A stretch of 64,000 nt of DNA from Nitrososphaerota archaeon (GCA_041641305.1 JBEPYN010000003.1:26841-90840); one strand, 5' to 3'; counted from the first letter of the stretch, positions 34,644-45,017 are shown. Program-made: numbers and translations. The notes: generated from the letters alone by a model not told the origin.

Positions 34644-35447
34644 ATGGTGTCTCTAACTGTTGTTTACGCCGGTAAACGTTCTGAGGCTGTTGCCGCAGCC
34701 GAGAGGCTCAGAAAAATTCTTCCAAAACATTTTGACAATTGGAGGGTGTTCTCGTTATCGGAGTTTGAGGAATATGTTCAGGAGCCTGCTGGCGATGTTT
34801 TGATGATACTGGGGGGAGACGGCACCGTTCTCAGGGCGACGAGGCGCATAAGGTCCCCGAATGTTAAAGTTGTAGGCGTAAATTTTGGTAGAGCAGGGTT
34901 CCTTTGCGTGGTTGAGCCCATGGAGCTGGAAAATGCCCTGGAAAAAATCGCATCAGAAGATTATCACGTGGAAGAGATTATGAGGCTATCGCTCTATGTC
35001 GACGACAAATATGTCGGAGACTCGTTAAACGAAATCTACGTTTCCTCCACTAGGCCTGGGACTGTGATAGAGTATCGCGTTCACCAGAATGAGCTGCTCG
35101 CTTCAGATGTTGCCGACGGAGTAATTTTATCGACGCCTGTGGGTTCGACGGCCTATGCCTTTTCCAGCGGGGGGCCGATAGTTGATGAGAGGCTGGAGAC
35201 TGTTGTTGTCGTGCCAATGGCCTCTATGACAAACCTTAGATCTATGGTTCTCTCGATAGACACACCCGTACGGGTTTCCGTTGTTAAGGGGCGTGCACAG
35301 GCTCTAATAGATGGACACACGGCCACACCTGTTGAGAAGGGGGAGGTTAGGGTTGAGAAGTCCCCCCGCAGCCTGTCCATGATATCCTTCGACCAGAGAC
35401 GACTGTTTAGTAGAAGGCTGAGGAAAAGGCTGTATGGCAGGCCGTAG
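34644..35447 (+). CDS. nadK: NAD kinase
   Basis: It has the GGDGTVLRA motif. The ATG at 34644 lies 26 nt after the TATA-like TTTTTAGC at 34611-34618. The track ORF from 34521 overlaps queC. Confidence 0.85.
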   Translation: MVSLTVVYAGKRSEAVAAAERLRKILPKHFDNWRVFSLSEFEEYVQEPAGDVLMILGGDGTVLRATRRIRSPNVKVVGVNFGRAGFLCVVEPMELENALEKIASEDYHVEEIMRLSLYVDDKYVGDSLNEIYVSSTRPGTVIEYRVHQNELLASDVADGVILSTPVGSTAYAFSSGGPIVDERLETVVVVPMASMTNLRSMVLSIDTPVRVSVVKGRAQALIDGHTATPVEKGEVRVEKSPRSLSMISFDQRRLFSRRLRKRLYGRP

Positions 35448-35940
35448 AGTCTTCGTTCTCGACACAACGGCTCTTCTGTCGGCGCAGTTTGAGCCGGGGC
35501 CAGCTGAGCTTGTCACCGTGCAGGAGGCTGTGGACGAGGTTATGTATGGGGGGCTTGCTCCGCAGAGAGTTTTCACAGCCTTGTCCACCAAAGCAGTCAA
35601 ACTCAAAAAACCCTCTCTCCAAGCCATTAAACACGTTGAAGAAACTGCGCGTAAAACAGGGGACTTGCCCAAACTCTCTAAAACCGATTTGGCTCTTCTT
35701 GCTCTCGCCTATGAGGAGAGTGCAGGCGGAGCAGAGGTGGTTGTCGTGACAGATGATTACAGTCTTCAGAACACGGCGCTGAGGCTGGGTTTAGGTGTTT
35801 CGGGTGTGGGCCGTGAAACTGTTAGAGAGATGCGGGAATGGGTTTATCGTTGCTTGGTCTGCGGAAAGGTTTACACTCGGCCTGTGAACCGGTGCAGGTA
35901 TTGCGGCGGCGAAGTGGAGCGAATTGTTAAGAAGCCTTAG
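35434..35940 (+). CDS. nob1: Nob1-like endonuclease (PIN domain plus zinc ribbon)
   Basis: VFVLDTTALL...VVTDDYSLQN, followed by CLVCGKVY...CRYCGG. Confidence 0.7.
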   Translation: MAGRRVFVLDTTALLSAQFEPGPAELVTVQEAVDEVMYGGLAPQRVFTALSTKAVKLKKPSLQAIKHVEETARKTGDLPKLSKTDLALLALAYEESAGGAEVVVVTDDYSLQNTALRLGLGVSGVGRETVREMREWVYRCLVCGKVYTRPVNRCRYCGGEVERIVKKP

Positions 35941-36481
35941 CGACGAAGTAGCCCGATAGCAACAGGCCCCAGCTTAACACAGGGTACACAATCAGCCTCT
36001 CCATTCCCCCGTGTCCGAGACCAACGTAGTTACCCGATGCGAAGAGAACCAAAGCCGCGAGAGCCGTCAATCCACACACCAGCGAAATCACCCCCATCAA
36101 ACGGTTGAACACCCTCAACCCATAGACGGCGGCGAGCCCCGCGAAGAAAAACGTGATGAATGAAAAAACGGTGTGAAGAACCGGAATATTCTCTGGAAAG
36201 AGGCCGACCCCGAGAGCACCAATTCCAGCAACGGCCACCAGGGCTGCGAAAACCCGGCTACCCACAACATCCAAACTTAGATAAGCCGCGGCAATCACAC
36301 AGAGGCCCAGAAACGCAACAGACGTATTGAACACAGGCGCGGCAACACCCACGCCCAAATCACTGATGTAGTTACCCGAAACGCTGTATCCAGGGTAGAT
36401 CGACTCAGCAACTCGTAGGAAAAACAGAAACTGAGCCACTCCGGTAAAAAGAACGGCACCTGCAAAGGATGCCCTTCTCAT
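35927..36481 (-). CDS. DUF998-like membrane protein
   Basis: 184 aa and polytopic. The N-terminal pattern ...AESIYPGYSVSGNYISDLG resembles DUF998. Confidence 0.5.
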   Translation of the reverse strand: MRRASFAGAVLFTGVAQFLFFLRVAESIYPGYSVSGNYISDLGVGVAAPVFNTSVAFLGLCVIAAAYLSLDVVGSRVFAALVAVAGIGALGVGLFPENIPVLHTVFSFITFFFAGLAAVYGLRVFNRLMGVISLVCGLTALAALVLFASGNYVGLGHGGMERLIVYPVLSWGLLLSGYFVAKAS

Positions 36482-36592
36482 GCTTCAAGTGTGAATCGTC
36501 AAAATATTTTTCTGTTTAGCGGTTGGGTAAGAGAGGTGTTCATCTTGTTGTTCTTAGAATAGGCTTAAATACTATCTTGTGTTTTCCGCACC

Positions 36593-37126
36593 ATGAACCA
36601 AAGCACATTACGCTTATCCACAAAAGACATATCCATAATTGCTCTTTCCGCAGCCCTCTACGTCATCATGGGCGCCGTCTCAGGGCTCGTTCTCCCCGCC
36701 GCACGCGGATATCCCGCCCACTTTTTCCGGGGCCTTACTATGAGCGCCGCCGGAGCCTACACAAGGCGGAAATGGAGCGTCACAGGTATGTCGGTCATAG
36801 CAGGGGCCTTGTTTATGGTTTTGGTTCCAGCCCCAGCGCCCTATCTACTCTTCTCCACAGTCGCGGCTGGGTTGCTCTATGACCTGAGCATGGGTAGAAG
36901 TTATTCTGAAGCTTGTAGAAAGCCGCGGAGAATCGCACTGGCCACCGTTGTAAGTGGGTTAGCTGAGGCCGTTGTGGCGCTTGGAATACTTACCTATGTC
37001 GGGTTGTTTGATGTCCAGCCCATCGTTCTCGCATTCATATGGATAGTGACGATAGCAGCTAACCTTGTCCTCAGCACCGCCGGTGCACAGGTAACCATAG
37101 CGCTTCTCCGGAGATACGGGAAATGA
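36593..37126 (+). CDS. Membrane protein, ECF-transporter S-component-like
   Basis: 177 aa. LSTKDISIIALSAALYVIMG is typical of S-component N-termini. A TATA-like CTTAAATAC lies about 24 nt upstream. Confidence 0.35.
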   Translation: MNQSTLRLSTKDISIIALSAALYVIMGAVSGLVLPAARGYPAHFFRGLTMSAAGAYTRRKWSVTGMSVIAGALFMVLVPAPAPYLLFSTVAAGLLYDLSMGRSYSEACRKPRRIALATVVSGLAEAVVALGILTYVGLFDVQPIVLAFIWIVTIAANLVLSTAGAQVTIALLRRYGK

Positions 37127-37554
37127 GCCAGCCCGACCTACTCTTTCTCGCACGTTTAGGAATTGTTTACGGCTTGGTTTTCTGGGTTGGGGGAATAGCT
37201 CATCTCGCTTTCGCAGCCATCCCACAGCTTGCGACCCTTGAGAACCGCATTGAAAGGACAAGGCTAATGGGCGGCGTGATGAAGAGATACAACCCCATCG
37301 CATGGACAGCCATCCCCATCCTAATCACGGCAACAACCTACACAGCCCTCCATACCTCTGGAACAAGCTCAACAACGATACTCATACTCGCAACATTATA
37401 CACTGCAGCGCTCCTAGATTTCCTCCACTCATTCATACTGGGCCCACGCGCAGCCACGGGAAACACAAATACAAGAACTTTGGCTCTAGCTGTTGCGAGA
37501 GTTGAGACCGCGCTGGCACTGGCTCTGCCTCTGCTAATAGCCGTTCTTCTCTAG
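37123..37554 (+). CDS. Hypothetical four-TM membrane protein
   Basis: 143 aa and hydrophobic, with an ATGA overlap with the upstream gene. Confidence 0.4.
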   Translation: MSQPDLLFLARLGIVYGLVFWVGGIAHLAFAAIPQLATLENRIERTRLMGGVMKRYNPIAWTAIPILITATTYTALHTSGTSSTTILILATLYTAALLDFLHSFILGPRAATGNTNTRTLALAVARVETALALALPLLIAVLL

Positions 37555-37601
37555 TTATTCTCCGCAAAGACTTTATCAAGCAATGATTACCGTGCTGTTA
37601 T

Positions 37602-39134
37602 GTGGAGGAGGTCATAGCTGTCGTCGACTTCGGCGGCCAATATGCACACCTCATCAGCAGAAGAGTCAGAAGCATAGGCGTCAAAACACATGTTATCCCT
37701 CACAACATTCTTCAAGAAACAGACATGAGCATCTACAAAGGAGTTATCCTCTCCGGGGGGCCTGCGAGCGTATACGAAGAAAACGCCCCCACGGTGGACA
37801 TGGAGAAACTCCGCGGCAAACCCATGTTGGGAATATGCTACGGCCATCAGTTGATAGCATATCTGTTTGGCGGCGACGTTAGACGCGAAAGAGCACGGGA
37901 ATACGGTAGAACAGAGCTTATCCTAAGACATGGCTGCCCTCTTTTCAGGGGGCTGCCAGACAGGTTCATGGTTTGGATGAGCCACGGCGACCACGTCGAA
38001 AAAATTCCACCAGGCTTCGCGACAGCAGCATCAACCCGCACTTCACCCCATGCAGCCATATATGATGAGCAGAGGAACATCTACGGCGTACAGTTTCATC
38101 CAGAAGTAGCCCACACAGAACACGGGACTAAAATTCTCCAAAACTTCGTACTCAACATATGTGGATGTAGTGGTTCATGGCGGATGGAGGACTACCTTGA
38201 AAAAGCCATATCCGAAGTAGTGGAAATGGTGGGCGATGGCCGTGTACTATGCGCTGTCAGCGGCGGCATAGATTCAACGGTCACAGCAGCCATAGTCTCC
38301 AGGGCTGTCGGCAACAGGCTCAAATGCCTTTTCGTGAACCATGGGTTGCTGAGAAAAAACGAGTCGGAAAAAGTTCTTGAAATGTTGCGGCAAGTCGTGG
38401 GGGAGGGAAACATAGTCTACGTCGACGCTTCTAAACGTTTTCTAGAGAGGCTGCGTGGTGTAACGGACCCTGAGGAGAAGAGGCGTATAATCGGCCACGA
38501 GTTTGCGGCCATATTTGAGGAGGTTAGCAAAGCCTATGGCCCCTTCACACATCTTGCGCAGGGGACCCTTTACCCAGACGTGGTCGAGAGCGGAAAATCA
38601 GTCGGCGGCTCAGCAGTCATCAAAACACATCACAACGTAGGCGGGATGCCCAATAACTTCGGCTTGAAGATTGTTGAGCCTCTTAGAGAACTCTACAAAG
38701 ACGAGGTCAGACAACTGGCGGAAGTGATGGGGCTGCCCCGTTGGCTTGTTAAGAGACATCCGTTCCCGGGCCCCGGTCTTGCTGTCCGAATCATAGGCGA
38801 GGTTACTGAGGAGAAGCTGGAGATATGCAGGGAGGCGTCAGCTATCGTGGAAGAGGAACTGGAGAAAGCGGGTTTGCTGGACGAGGTCTGGCAGGCCTTC
38901 GCAATAGTTGGAGACGATAAAGCAACAGGCGTCAAAGGCGACAGAAGAAGCCTCGGCTACATCGTCACAATTCGTGTAGTATCATCGGTGGACGGCATGA
39001 CGGCCGACTCCGTGAGGCTGCCATACACGGTGCTAGACAAAATAGCCTCGAGAATCACCAACGAAGTCGACAAAGTCACCTGGGTAACTTATGCACTCTC
39101 GAGCAAGCCTCCAGCCACCATTGAGCCTCAGTAG
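37602..39134 (+). CDS. guaA: GMP synthase (glutamine-hydrolysing), fused GATase plus ATP-PPase
   Basis: 510 aa. It has the GATase motifs GICYGHQ and HPE, the PP-loop SGGIDSTV and the C-terminal ...PPATIEPQ. It starts with GTG. Confidence 0.95.
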   Translation: MEEVIAVVDFGGQYAHLISRRVRSIGVKTHVIPHNILQETDMSIYKGVILSGGPASVYEENAPTVDMEKLRGKPMLGICYGHQLIAYLFGGDVRRERAREYGRTELILRHGCPLFRGLPDRFMVWMSHGDHVEKIPPGFATAASTRTSPHAAIYDEQRNIYGVQFHPEVAHTEHGTKILQNFVLNICGCSGSWRMEDYLEKAISEVVEMVGDGRVLCAVSGGIDSTVTAAIVSRAVGNRLKCLFVNHGLLRKNESEKVLEMLRQVVGEGNIVYVDASKRFLERLRGVTDPEEKRRIIGHEFAAIFEEVSKAYGPFTHLAQGTLYPDVVESGKSVGGSAVIKTHHNVGGMPNNFGLKIVEPLRELYKDEVRQLAEVMGLPRWLVKRHPFPGPGLAVRIIGEVTEEKLEICREASAIVEEELEKAGLLDEVWQAFAIVGDDKATGVKGDRRSLGYIVTIRVVSSVDGMTADSVRLPYTVLDKIASRITNEVDKVTWVTYALSSKPPATIEPQ

Positions 39135-39135
39135 A

Positions 39136-39930
39136 TTACCTGCCCTTCCAGACCGGTTTACGTTTCTCGAGAAAAGCTCGTGCACCCTCTTTCTGGTCCT
39201 CTGTGGCGAAGAGCTGGGCGAAAAGCAGTAGCTCAGTTCGCAGACCAGCCAATAGACCCGTCTCCAAAGCGAGGTTTACAGCCTCCTTCGCAGCAGCCAA
39301 CGCCAATCTAGGCTTTGACAAAAGCTTATCCACAAGCTCCTTCACAGCCTCCTCAAGCTTATCACGTGGAGCCACGATGTTCACAACACCCATTTTCTCC
39401 AGCTCAACCGCCGATACTCTGTCACCCGTCATTATCAGCTGCTTAGCCTTCTTCTCACCCACTAGACGCGCAAGACGCTGTGTCCCACCTCCTCCCGGAA
39501 TCAGTCCAAGGTTTATCTCGGGCTGTCCAAAAACCGCGTCCTCAGCCGCAACAATCATGTCACATGACATCGCCAGCTCAAACCCTCCGCCGAGGCAATA
39601 TCCCTCCACAACGGCGATGACCGGCTTCCGCATACTGCGTATGATGTTTGCGAGAACCATCGAAGTGCCTACTTCGTTAGCGATGCTCACACATTTTTCC
39701 GGGTCCCACTCGAGAAAGGCCCTGATATCGGCGCCGGCAGAGAAGTTCCCACCGGCCCCACGAATCAAGACAACCCTTACCTCATCGTCTCCTGCGGCCT
39801 TCTCCAAGGCATGGCGAAGCTCACGCCTAAGCTCCAGCTCCAAAGCGTTGTAACGCGAGGGATTGTTGAGAACAATAATAGCAACACCACCCTCCTTAGA
39901 ATAAATGACTTTACTGAATTCGCCGGACAT
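39136..39930 (-). CDS. Enoyl-CoA hydratase/isomerase (crotonase family)
   Basis: 264 aa with typical motifs GAGGNFSAGADI and ...GGGFELAMSCD...PEINLGLIPGGGGTQRL. Confidence 0.85.
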   Translation of the reverse strand: MSGEFSKVIYSKEGGVAIIVLNNPSRYNALELELRRELRHALEKAAGDDEVRVVLIRGAGGNFSAGADIRAFLEWDPEKCVSIANEVGTSMVLANIIRSMRKPVIAVVEGYCLGGGFELAMSCDMIVAAEDAVFGQPEINLGLIPGGGGTQRLARLVGEKKAKQLIMTGDRVSAVELEKMGVVNIVAPRDKLEEAVKELVDKLLSKPRLALAAAKEAVNLALETGLLAGLRTELLLFAQLFATEDQKEGARAFLEKRKPVWKGR

Positions 39931-40005
39931 GCCCGTAAGACTAATTCAAAGTATTTAGCTCCTCTCATACAAGCAGCCCCACAAAACTCAGGGCTTTTTG
40001 TGATT

Positions 40006-40512
40006 TTATTTGAGTGACCTGTATTGATGGGGGAAGATACGCCGCAGAAAGATGTCCACAACTGTGATTTGGTCGGGATGAATCTCGTAGGTTTGTTTGC
40101 CGCCTTCATGGGCAACTATCTTGAGAACACCGTTGCGCCCAAGCTCTATTCCCTCAACATCCATAGGTTTGAGCAACCTCGTTTTGCCAAACTTTTTGAC
40201 ACCCAACCTCCCTTTGTTCTCCTCAAGGAGGGTAACAGCTTCCTCCAGAGAACGCCCGGCCAAAAACAATTCAGCAACATCATCTTTTTTCAAAGCATTC
40301 TTCAACTCCTCAACCCACACATTCACCATATTTGTCAAAATGTCGCCGGTGCTACCGATGTTCCATGGCGGCAGGTGCCTGACGTTATCTGTTTCAAGAA
40401 GCAACAGACCAGAGTCGCTGAAGAGCAGAAAATACCTAACGTAGCCTCCGCCGAGCGTCCTTAGAGAGAAAACTTTTCGCCAAGCCTCAGCAAAACCCAG
40501 CACCGTAGCCAT
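40006..40512 (-). CDS. Hypothetical protein
   Basis: About 168 aa. The ORF has protein-like composition and no motif I recognise. Start is ATG 40512 or TTG 40518. Confidence 0.4.
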   Translation of the reverse strand: MATVLGFAEAWRKVFSLRTLGGGYVRYFLLFSDSGLLLLETDNVRHLPPWNIGSTGDILTNMVNVWVEELKNALKKDDVAELFLAGRSLEEAVTLLEENKGRLGVKKFGKTRLLKPMDVEGIELGRNGVLKIVAHEGGKQTYEIHPDQITVVDIFLRRIFPHQYRSLK

Positions 40513-40590
40513 AACCAATCAATCCAAAGAAGAGGATAAGTTCTTTTCGCATATTCTGGACATGCATGGCACAACTTATTTAATAGTCAT

Positions 40591-41616
40591 GTGAACCTAA
40601 AACTTGGTTTGGAGTTCGGTATAAGTTTCGGAGCACTCTACGCTGATCCGCAGACATATCTGAGATATTCCGTTGAAGGGGAGAAGATTGGCTATACTTA
40701 CCTCTTTTATCCAGACTCCCAGACGCTTTATCGCGACCCCTTCGTGAACATTGGCGCAGCATCAGTAGCCACAAGAAGGGTGAAGCTGGGAACTCTTGTT
40801 TCATCCATTTACACACGTCATCCAACTGTCCTCGCGTCATCTGCAATCGCAGCGTATGAGCTTTCTGGTGGAAGGTTTGTGCTCGTCGTTGGAGCAGGAG
40901 ATAGCGCAGTTAGACGCATAGGGATGAAGCCGTCCCCCGTTCAAGAGTTTGAAAACTCCGTTAAACACTTGCGATATTTGATTACGGGCAGAGAATTTGA
41001 CGTAGGTATGGCTAGGTTTAGCATAAGGTTTGCCCGTCACAGGGTTCCCATATATGTGGCCGCGACGGGGAAAAAGATGCTTTCGATCTCTGGCAGAGTT
41101 GGGGATGGCTCGGTTATAATGGTTGGTCCATCTTTGACAAAATGGGCTGTGGAGCGGGTTCGGTTAAGCTGCGATGAGGCAGGTCTTGATTTCGAGAACA
41201 AGGAGCTGTTTTGGTGCGGATTCTGCGTCATACACGAGGACAGCTCCTTGGCAAAGAAGCTTGTTAAACCAAGTGTGTCATGGTTTTGCACAAATTACCC
41301 AGATCTTGTTAAAATGTTAGGAGTGGACTTGCCTAATGATTTTTGGGAAAATGTCGCGAAGTTCAGAAAAGACTACGCTCGTTACGACCTCGTGCACTCA
41401 CATACATGGTTTCAGGCTGTAGAGGATGCGTCCTTCATCCCCGATGAACTTGCTGACAGAATGGCTTTGGCAGGTGATCTCGAGGAAGTTGAAGCCAAAC
41501 TGCGCGAAATAGAGAAAATAGGAATATCCAAAGTAATCATCAGACCTCCAGCACACGAGCTCTGGTACGATGTTTTCAAGACATTCGGCGAAAACATTAT
41601 CCCTAGATTTGTTTAA
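40591..41616 (+). CDS. Luciferase-like (LLM) flavin/F420-dependent oxidoreductase
   Basis: 341 aa. MNLKLGLEFG..., a TIM-barrel LLM pattern and VVGAGDS. It starts with GTG. Confidence 0.65.
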   Translation: MNLKLGLEFGISFGALYADPQTYLRYSVEGEKIGYTYLFYPDSQTLYRDPFVNIGAASVATRRVKLGTLVSSIYTRHPTVLASSAIAAYELSGGRFVLVVGAGDSAVRRIGMKPSPVQEFENSVKHLRYLITGREFDVGMARFSIRFARHRVPIYVAATGKKMLSISGRVGDGSVIMVGPSLTKWAVERVRLSCDEAGLDFENKELFWCGFCVIHEDSSLAKKLVKPSVSWFCTNYPDLVKMLGVDLPNDFWENVAKFRKDYARYDLVHSHTWFQAVEDASFIPDELADRMALAGDLEEVEAKLREIEKIGISKVIIRPPAHELWYDVFKTFGENIIPRFV

Positions 41617-41663
41617 TAAATAGTCTCGAACCCTTATATAAGACGGAGGTCGCACTTCAATCA

Positions 41664-42650
41664 ATGGACAAAATAGCGAAAGTGCTAACGGTTGACGATT
41701 TGAAAAAAGTCACACATCCGGCGTATCCTTACATGCTTCCCGAAATGTCTCCCATAAGTGAGGAAGAGGCTTTCCAGCATGTTCGCAACACCGTCGACAT
41801 GCATCTTCACGGCGCGCCGACTGGATGGATGCCTTACAGGCCATCGATGCTTAAGACGTCTCAGGAAGCCTCTGCAGCAGGTATGAAAGCCTTGGCCTTC
41901 AAGGACCACTACTACATGACGAGTCCAATCGCCTATGTTATACAGGAGTCTCTGGAGCCATGGTGTACAGAAAGGGGTCTGCGGCCTGTTGAGGTATACG
42001 GCGGTGTAACCCTAAACTATGCAGTGGGTGGGCTTAATCCTGCCGTGGTAAGAACGGTGTTGAAGGGAGACTTTAAGAAACATACCAAAGTAATTTGGAT
42101 GCCTAGCATCGACTCTGACTTGACGCGGCGCGCTGCAAACCTCGGGCCAGGCATAACCATTTTGGAAAACGGACGTCTAAAGGACGAAGTCAAGGAAATA
42201 GTCGACATCGTCGCAAGCAGTGACCACAAAGTAGCTATAGAGACATCTCACCTATACTATGAAGAAATTCTGGCTCTCGCAGAGGAGTGTGAAAAGAAAG
42301 GTGTCGACCTTGTTGTAACACATGCCAACCAAGAGCTTACGCTGTTAACCGTCGAGGAAGCGTTAAAACTCGTAGAGCGTAAAGCATGGATACAACTGGC
42401 CATCATTTCAATGCTGGGGACGCCAATAGCTGCGCCCGGTTGGGTGGTCAACTATCATCACTCCATAGAACTGCTCAAAGCGGTAGGACCAGATAGAATA
42501 ATACTAGCCACGGACGCAGGACAGACGGGCGCTAAACCCGTCGAATACATGAAGTTGGGCATTTGGAGCCTACTTTCCCGCGACATTGGAGCAGATGTAG
42601 TCACGAAAATAACCATCGACAATCCGTCGAAAGTCCTCGGACTCAAGTAA
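41664..42650 (+). CDS. Metal-dependent amidohydrolase-fold (TIM barrel) protein
   Basis: 328 aa with candidate metal ligands DMHLHG, FKDHY, THAN and TDAG. The subfamily is unknown. Confidence 0.4.
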   Translation: MDKIAKVLTVDDLKKVTHPAYPYMLPEMSPISEEEAFQHVRNTVDMHLHGAPTGWMPYRPSMLKTSQEASAAGMKALAFKDHYYMTSPIAYVIQESLEPWCTERGLRPVEVYGGVTLNYAVGGLNPAVVRTVLKGDFKKHTKVIWMPSIDSDLTRRAANLGPGITILENGRLKDEVKEIVDIVASSDHKVAIETSHLYYEEILALAEECEKKGVDLVVTHANQELTLLTVEEALKLVERKAWIQLAIISMLGTPIAAPGWVVNYHHSIELLKAVGPDRIILATDAGQTGAKPVEYMKLGIWSLLSRDIGADVVTKITIDNPSKVLGLK

Positions 42651-44229
42651 TAGGCCTCGTGGGCCTGTAACCAGCTTTCAAGGCGTCGAACGCATTTCCA
42701 ACACCCCTCTCCTTCAGAAGAAATCTCTGAATACGTTGAGTAGGCGTCTTAGGCAGCTCGTCAACAACCTCCACATAGCGTGGAACCATGTAATATGGCA
42801 GTTTACTGTCGCACCATTTGATAAACTCCATGAAGTCCAGCTGAGCGCCGGGCTTGAGTTTTAGGTAAACTTTTACATCTTCGTCACCCAGCTCAGATGG
42901 GACCCCGACCGCGGCAGACTCCAACACAGATGGATGCTCGTTGACCACACTCTCTATCTCATATGGTGAGATGTTCTCACCCCGCCTTCTGATGGACTCT
43001 TTTTTCCGGCCAACAATATAGAAGAAGCCATCTTCATCTCGGTAGAACAGGTCACCAGTATGGAACCATAGGTTGCGCCAAGCTTTCACCGTTTCATCGG
43101 GTTTTTTGTAGTATTCCAGCATCATGACATAGGGTTTACGTGGCCTTATAACGAGTTCTCCAACTTTTCCCGGGGGAAGCTCGTTGTCGTCATCGTCAAC
43201 TATGCTCGCCTCAAAGTATGGCAAAGGTTTTCCTACTGAGCCAACCCTAACATCCTTCCCACGATTGAAAATCGCTATCGCACATGTCTCAGTCATTCCA
43301 AAACCTTCGAGAACACGCACACCAAACCTTTTCTCAAAGATGGGCCACGTCTCCTTAGTAGCACCACCTGTCATAGCGACTCTTACAGAGTGACGCCTAT
43401 CATATTCTCCCGCGGGTTGCTTCAGCAGAATGTTGACCATGGAGCTGATGAGAAAAATCACTGTAGCACGATACTTTGCAGCATTTTGCCAGAACTGTGA
43501 AGCATGAAACCATGGGTCAAATGCTGCGGTGAGGTCGTTGATGAGAGCTGGCAGTATTATCTGCAGCTGTCCGCTTGTATGGAAGAATGGTACTGTGCTG
43601 TAAAAAATATCTCCTTCACGTGCCTCTGCTATCGAAGCGTTCATGTGTGCCGTGTTTATGTAGGCGTTATGTGGCAAGACAACGCCTTTGGGCGGGCCGG
43701 TTGTGCCAGATGTGTACATTATGGTGGCCGGGTCAGATGGATGGACCACCTCATATCTTTCGAGAGGTTTGTCGGATTCTGTAAGAATATTTATGGGGAG
43801 AAAGCCGTCAGCATTTTCCTCGTTAGTGAAATGTATGGCAACTTTGTCAAGAGAATCTTTTATCTCAAGGTAATATGGTAGGAGCTGTTTGTCCACCACG
43901 GCTACTTTTGCGTCTGAATCGTTGATTTGATACTTGAGTAGAGGACCTTTTAGAGAGATGTTTAGCGGGACCGCTACTGCGCCGAGCTTCATTACCCCGA
44001 ACCAGATGTAGAGGAAGTCCATGGAGTTCGGCATGTATATCACGACTTTGTCACCCTTTGACACTCCTAGGCTTCGAAGTCCTCCGGCTACACTGGATGA
44101 GACTGTGTCAAGATGGTCATATGTCACTTGTTTATCTCCTGTGATGACCGCGGGTTCGCCGGGGTTTTTCCTAGCTTTTTTGCTAACCAGCTCGGCTAAA
44201 TTGGTAATTTTCTCCCACTCCTCGTACAT
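42643..44229 (-). CDS. AMP-dependent acyl-CoA synthetase/ligase
   Basis: 528 aa with the AMP-binding motif MYTSGTTGPPKGVV and a TGD...GR.K core. Confidence 0.85.
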   Translation of the reverse strand: MYEEWEKITNLAELVSKKARKNPGEPAVITGDKQVTYDHLDTVSSSVAGGLRSLGVSKGDKVVIYMPNSMDFLYIWFGVMKLGAVAVPLNISLKGPLLKYQINDSDAKVAVVDKQLLPYYLEIKDSLDKVAIHFTNEENADGFLPINILTESDKPLERYEVVHPSDPATIMYTSGTTGPPKGVVLPHNAYINTAHMNASIAEAREGDIFYSTVPFFHTSGQLQIILPALINDLTAAFDPWFHASQFWQNAAKYRATVIFLISSMVNILLKQPAGEYDRRHSVRVAMTGGATKETWPIFEKRFGVRVLEGFGMTETCAIAIFNRGKDVRVGSVGKPLPYFEASIVDDDDNELPPGKVGELVIRPRKPYVMMLEYYKKPDETVKAWRNLWFHTGDLFYRDEDGFFYIVGRKKESIRRRGENISPYEIESVVNEHPSVLESAAVGVPSELGDEDVKVYLKLKPGAQLDFMEFIKWCDSKLPYYMVPRYVEVVDELPKTPTQRIQRFLLKERGVGNAFDALKAGYRPTRPIT

Positions 44230-44231
44230 AG

Positions 44232-45017
44232 CTATTCACTGTTTTCTAAAAATTTTGTCACGGCTTCGGCGAATTCGCGTGGTTTTTGTTCGAGTAACGC
44301 CACTGTTCCACCCTCTATTTCAACCACTCTGGCGTGTTTGATGCTGTTCCTTAGCTTGGGTAGATAGGATGTGGCAAATGGGTCTGCTTTTCCCACTATT
44401 ATCAACGTTGGGCAAATGATTTTTGTGATCTTCTCCTCCATGACGTATCGTGAGACCGCGAGATGTCCAGCCGCAGCGTTCGGACCCGCCTTCAACGCGT
44501 CGATGATGAAGCGGTCGAGAATGTCGGGTCTATCAGGTGGGTAGTAGGGTTGCCGGCCTTTCCATAATTCAAGCAGATGTGAGCCATCCATCTTGGAGAC
44601 ATATGTGTCTATGACTTGTTTGTTTTTACGTTTCTCTCTTTCTTCTGCGTCTATGTATGGGCATCCTGATAGAACCAGTTTCTCAACCAAGTCAGGGTGG
44701 GTGGCGGCAATTTCAATAGCTATTACTGCACCTGTATGATGCCCTACGAGCGATATTCTATTTAGTCGAAGAGCTTCGGTGAATTCGATCACTCCTTCAG
44801 CCAGCCTCTCAATCGTCATTTCTCCCTCAAACCTATACGAGTCGCCGAACCCTATTGTGTCCATGGCGATTGCGTGGAATTTTTGCCCCAGAAGCGGCAG
44901 CACCTCGGTGTATTCGTCTGAGGAGCGTGGTGTCTGATGCAGTAGGACAACGGGTTTACCTTCTCCAGCCCAGCGGAAATGTATTTGCCCTTTGGGGGTG
45001 TTGATAAAATTTCTCAT
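44232..45017 (-). CDS. Alpha/beta-hydrolase-fold protein with an atypical nucleophile elbow
   Basis: 261 aa with an alpha/beta-fold pattern (VVLLHQTP..., LVGHHTGAVIA, GKADPFA). The elbow reads G-H-H-T-G rather than G-x-S/D-x-G. Confidence 0.6.
   Translation of the reverse strand: MRNFINTPKGQIHFRWAGEGKPVVLLHQTPRSSDEYTEVLPLLGQKFHAIAMDTIGFGDSYRFEGEMTIERLAEGVIEFTEALRLNRISLVGHHTGAVIAIEIAATHPDLVEKLVLSGCPYIDAEEREKRKNKQVIDTYVSKMDGSHLLELWKGRQPYYPPDRPDILDRFIIDALKAGPNAAAGHLAVSRYVMEEKITKIICPTLIIVGKADPFATSYLPKLRNSIKHARVVEIEGGTVALLEQKPREFAEAVTKFLENSE

Noticed and set aside
39203-39853. A 216-aa ORF antisense to the enoyl-CoA hydratase gene. Similar long antisense ORFs occur at 16948-17631, 31515-32066, 47773-48303, 53113-53619, 3140-3721 and 26721-27227.
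   Set aside because: Each lies fully inside a gene with strong family motifs on the other strand. Their translations are low-complexity (Ser/Arg/Pro-rich) with no recognisable motifs.
39974-40000. Hairpin AGCCC-N11-GGGCT followed by T5, an intrinsic-terminator look-alike on the plus strand.
   Set aside because: Both flanking genes are on the minus strand, so there is no plus-strand gene to terminate. The stem is only 5 bp, and archaeal termination does not require hairpins.
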